Source of the DNA: Paecilomyces variotii | Taxonomy: Eukaryota | DNA length: 64,000 nucleotides | Strand: one strand, 5' to 3' | NCBI GenBank assembly: GCA_004022145.1 | Contig: RCNU01000010.1 | Shown here: one piece after another, positions 62,923-64,000 of the stretch | How the letters are laid out: each line of letters starts with the position of its first letter | How positions within the stretch are numbered: the first letter of the stretch is position 1 | Made by a program: the position numbers and the translations under genes | The notes under the pieces: generated by a model | Database searches by the model: none | Seen by the model: the letters and a program-made list of their open reading frames with translations, nothing else | What the model was told of the DNA's origin: nothing

Positions 62923-64000
62923 ATGGACCCCCCTAGTGCTATGCTCTAGCCATACTTCCATTACATGATCCCCCTCCTCGTCCTACATCTAGACCGAGTC
63001 GCAGCCAGACACCTCCCAGTTTTCTCACAAGGCTTTTGTGTGATGACAATGCGACGGATGACGGCTGCGTCAACAACAAAGAGAACGAGACCAATTCTGA
63101 CCGACGCTGCAGAACCGTCACGTCGAACATGACGTCCGGAACAACCTATACAACTCCGTCGCTGGGCTGGGGTTCGGAGCTCAAGCAGTCCACATCAAGC
63201 TCGACTGTAACCACCCGAACACCAGCGGCATCTTCTTCCTCCCTCTCCTCCGTCACCGACCATGCAACATATCCCCTCATCCGACAAAACGACCGCATCT
63301 ATCTCCGAGACCCCGAAAACCCATATCCGCTACCTTGCGACCTTCCAGAAATTCATCGCCAGACGCTGCGTTCATTGATGCTTGTGCGCGTATTCGGTGC
63401 ACCGTTTTGTACTCCGCAGTTCTCCAATGCTCCTCCTAAACGAGTGTTGGACTTGGGATGTGGGTCTGGCCTCTGGTCGAGCATGTGCCACGAATATTTC
63501 GCGCAAAAGGGCCACCACGACGTCTCCTTTACAGGTCTGGATATCGTGTCGCTGGCGCCTGATTTGCGTAAGCAGGGAGTAAATTGGCAATTCAAAAACC
63601 ATGACCTGCGCAAATCGCGGTTGCCTTTTCCTGATGGACACTTTGATTTCGTCTTCATGAAAGACATGGGCATGTCTTCCTTTCGCTTATCGAACCAAGA
63701 CTCTCCATTGAGCGAGCCTTTACGCGTTCTCAAATCGGGCGGAATTCTTGAGGTCTGGGATTCAGATATGGTATTCCGGACATTGCTCCCCAACCCCGCG
63801 CCAGCTCCTGGGCTGTCGGAAAAGGACCAAGAGACCGCCGACACGACCGCGACTTATACCTTTTCTTCCGCGACACCGTTCGCAAAGCCCCAGAACAAAT
63901 ATCTGCAGGATTACAATTCCTGGGTAGAGAAAGCCTTCGATGAGCGCAAGCTCACTGCGATGCCATGCGCCACCATCGGGCTTTCCTTTACCTCTGAAAT
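62923..64000 (+). CDS. Class I SAM-dependent methyltransferase-domain protein; runs off the window end; start uncertain (first in-frame ATG 63129, possible frameshifted start 62923/62941)
   Basis: Frame open from 62937 onward, reading YPLPCDLPEIHRQ, RVLDLGCGSG (motif I), FTGLDI, LPFPDGHFDFVF and LRVLKSGGILEV. Missing from the ORF track because it has no stop in the window. Confidence 0.85.

Noticed and set aside
1..64000. TGA-CTA readthrough to cryptic PTS1 signals
   Set aside because: None of the stop codons I checked has the TGA CTA context.

Overview
Gene-dense euchromatic DNA from a filamentous ascomycete. Protein sequences and short GT-AG introns with CTRAY branch points suggest Eurotiales (Aspergillus/Paecilomyces/Talaromyces-like); this is inferred, not determined. 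I spliced 27 protein-coding genes by hand. Most are housekeeping: kexB/KEX2, SNX4, COQ6, HTS1, creB, YOS1, ALG12, dynamitin, MMSDH, calnexin, MDE1, VPS5, URA5, DCR2, TRM61-like and CCR4. Several look accessory: an MBL-fold lactonase, a lipocalin-like protein, a Prx5 peroxiredoxin, a small all-beta hypothetical, an MFS transporter and a GST/FAX-like protein. I found no tRNA, intact rRNA, intact transposon or CRISPR, and cannot support a new multi-gene system. The best leads are post-transcriptional: a 47-codon in-frame uORF ending directly at the CCR4 start (TAA ATG), a 12-bp intronic hairpin burying a 3' splice site, a duplicated in-frame splice acceptor in an uncharacterised small gene, a creB micro-exon that splits the catalytic Cys codon, and an apparent 1-nt frameshift at the start of the last gene. 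All product calls come from motif recognition, not database searches.
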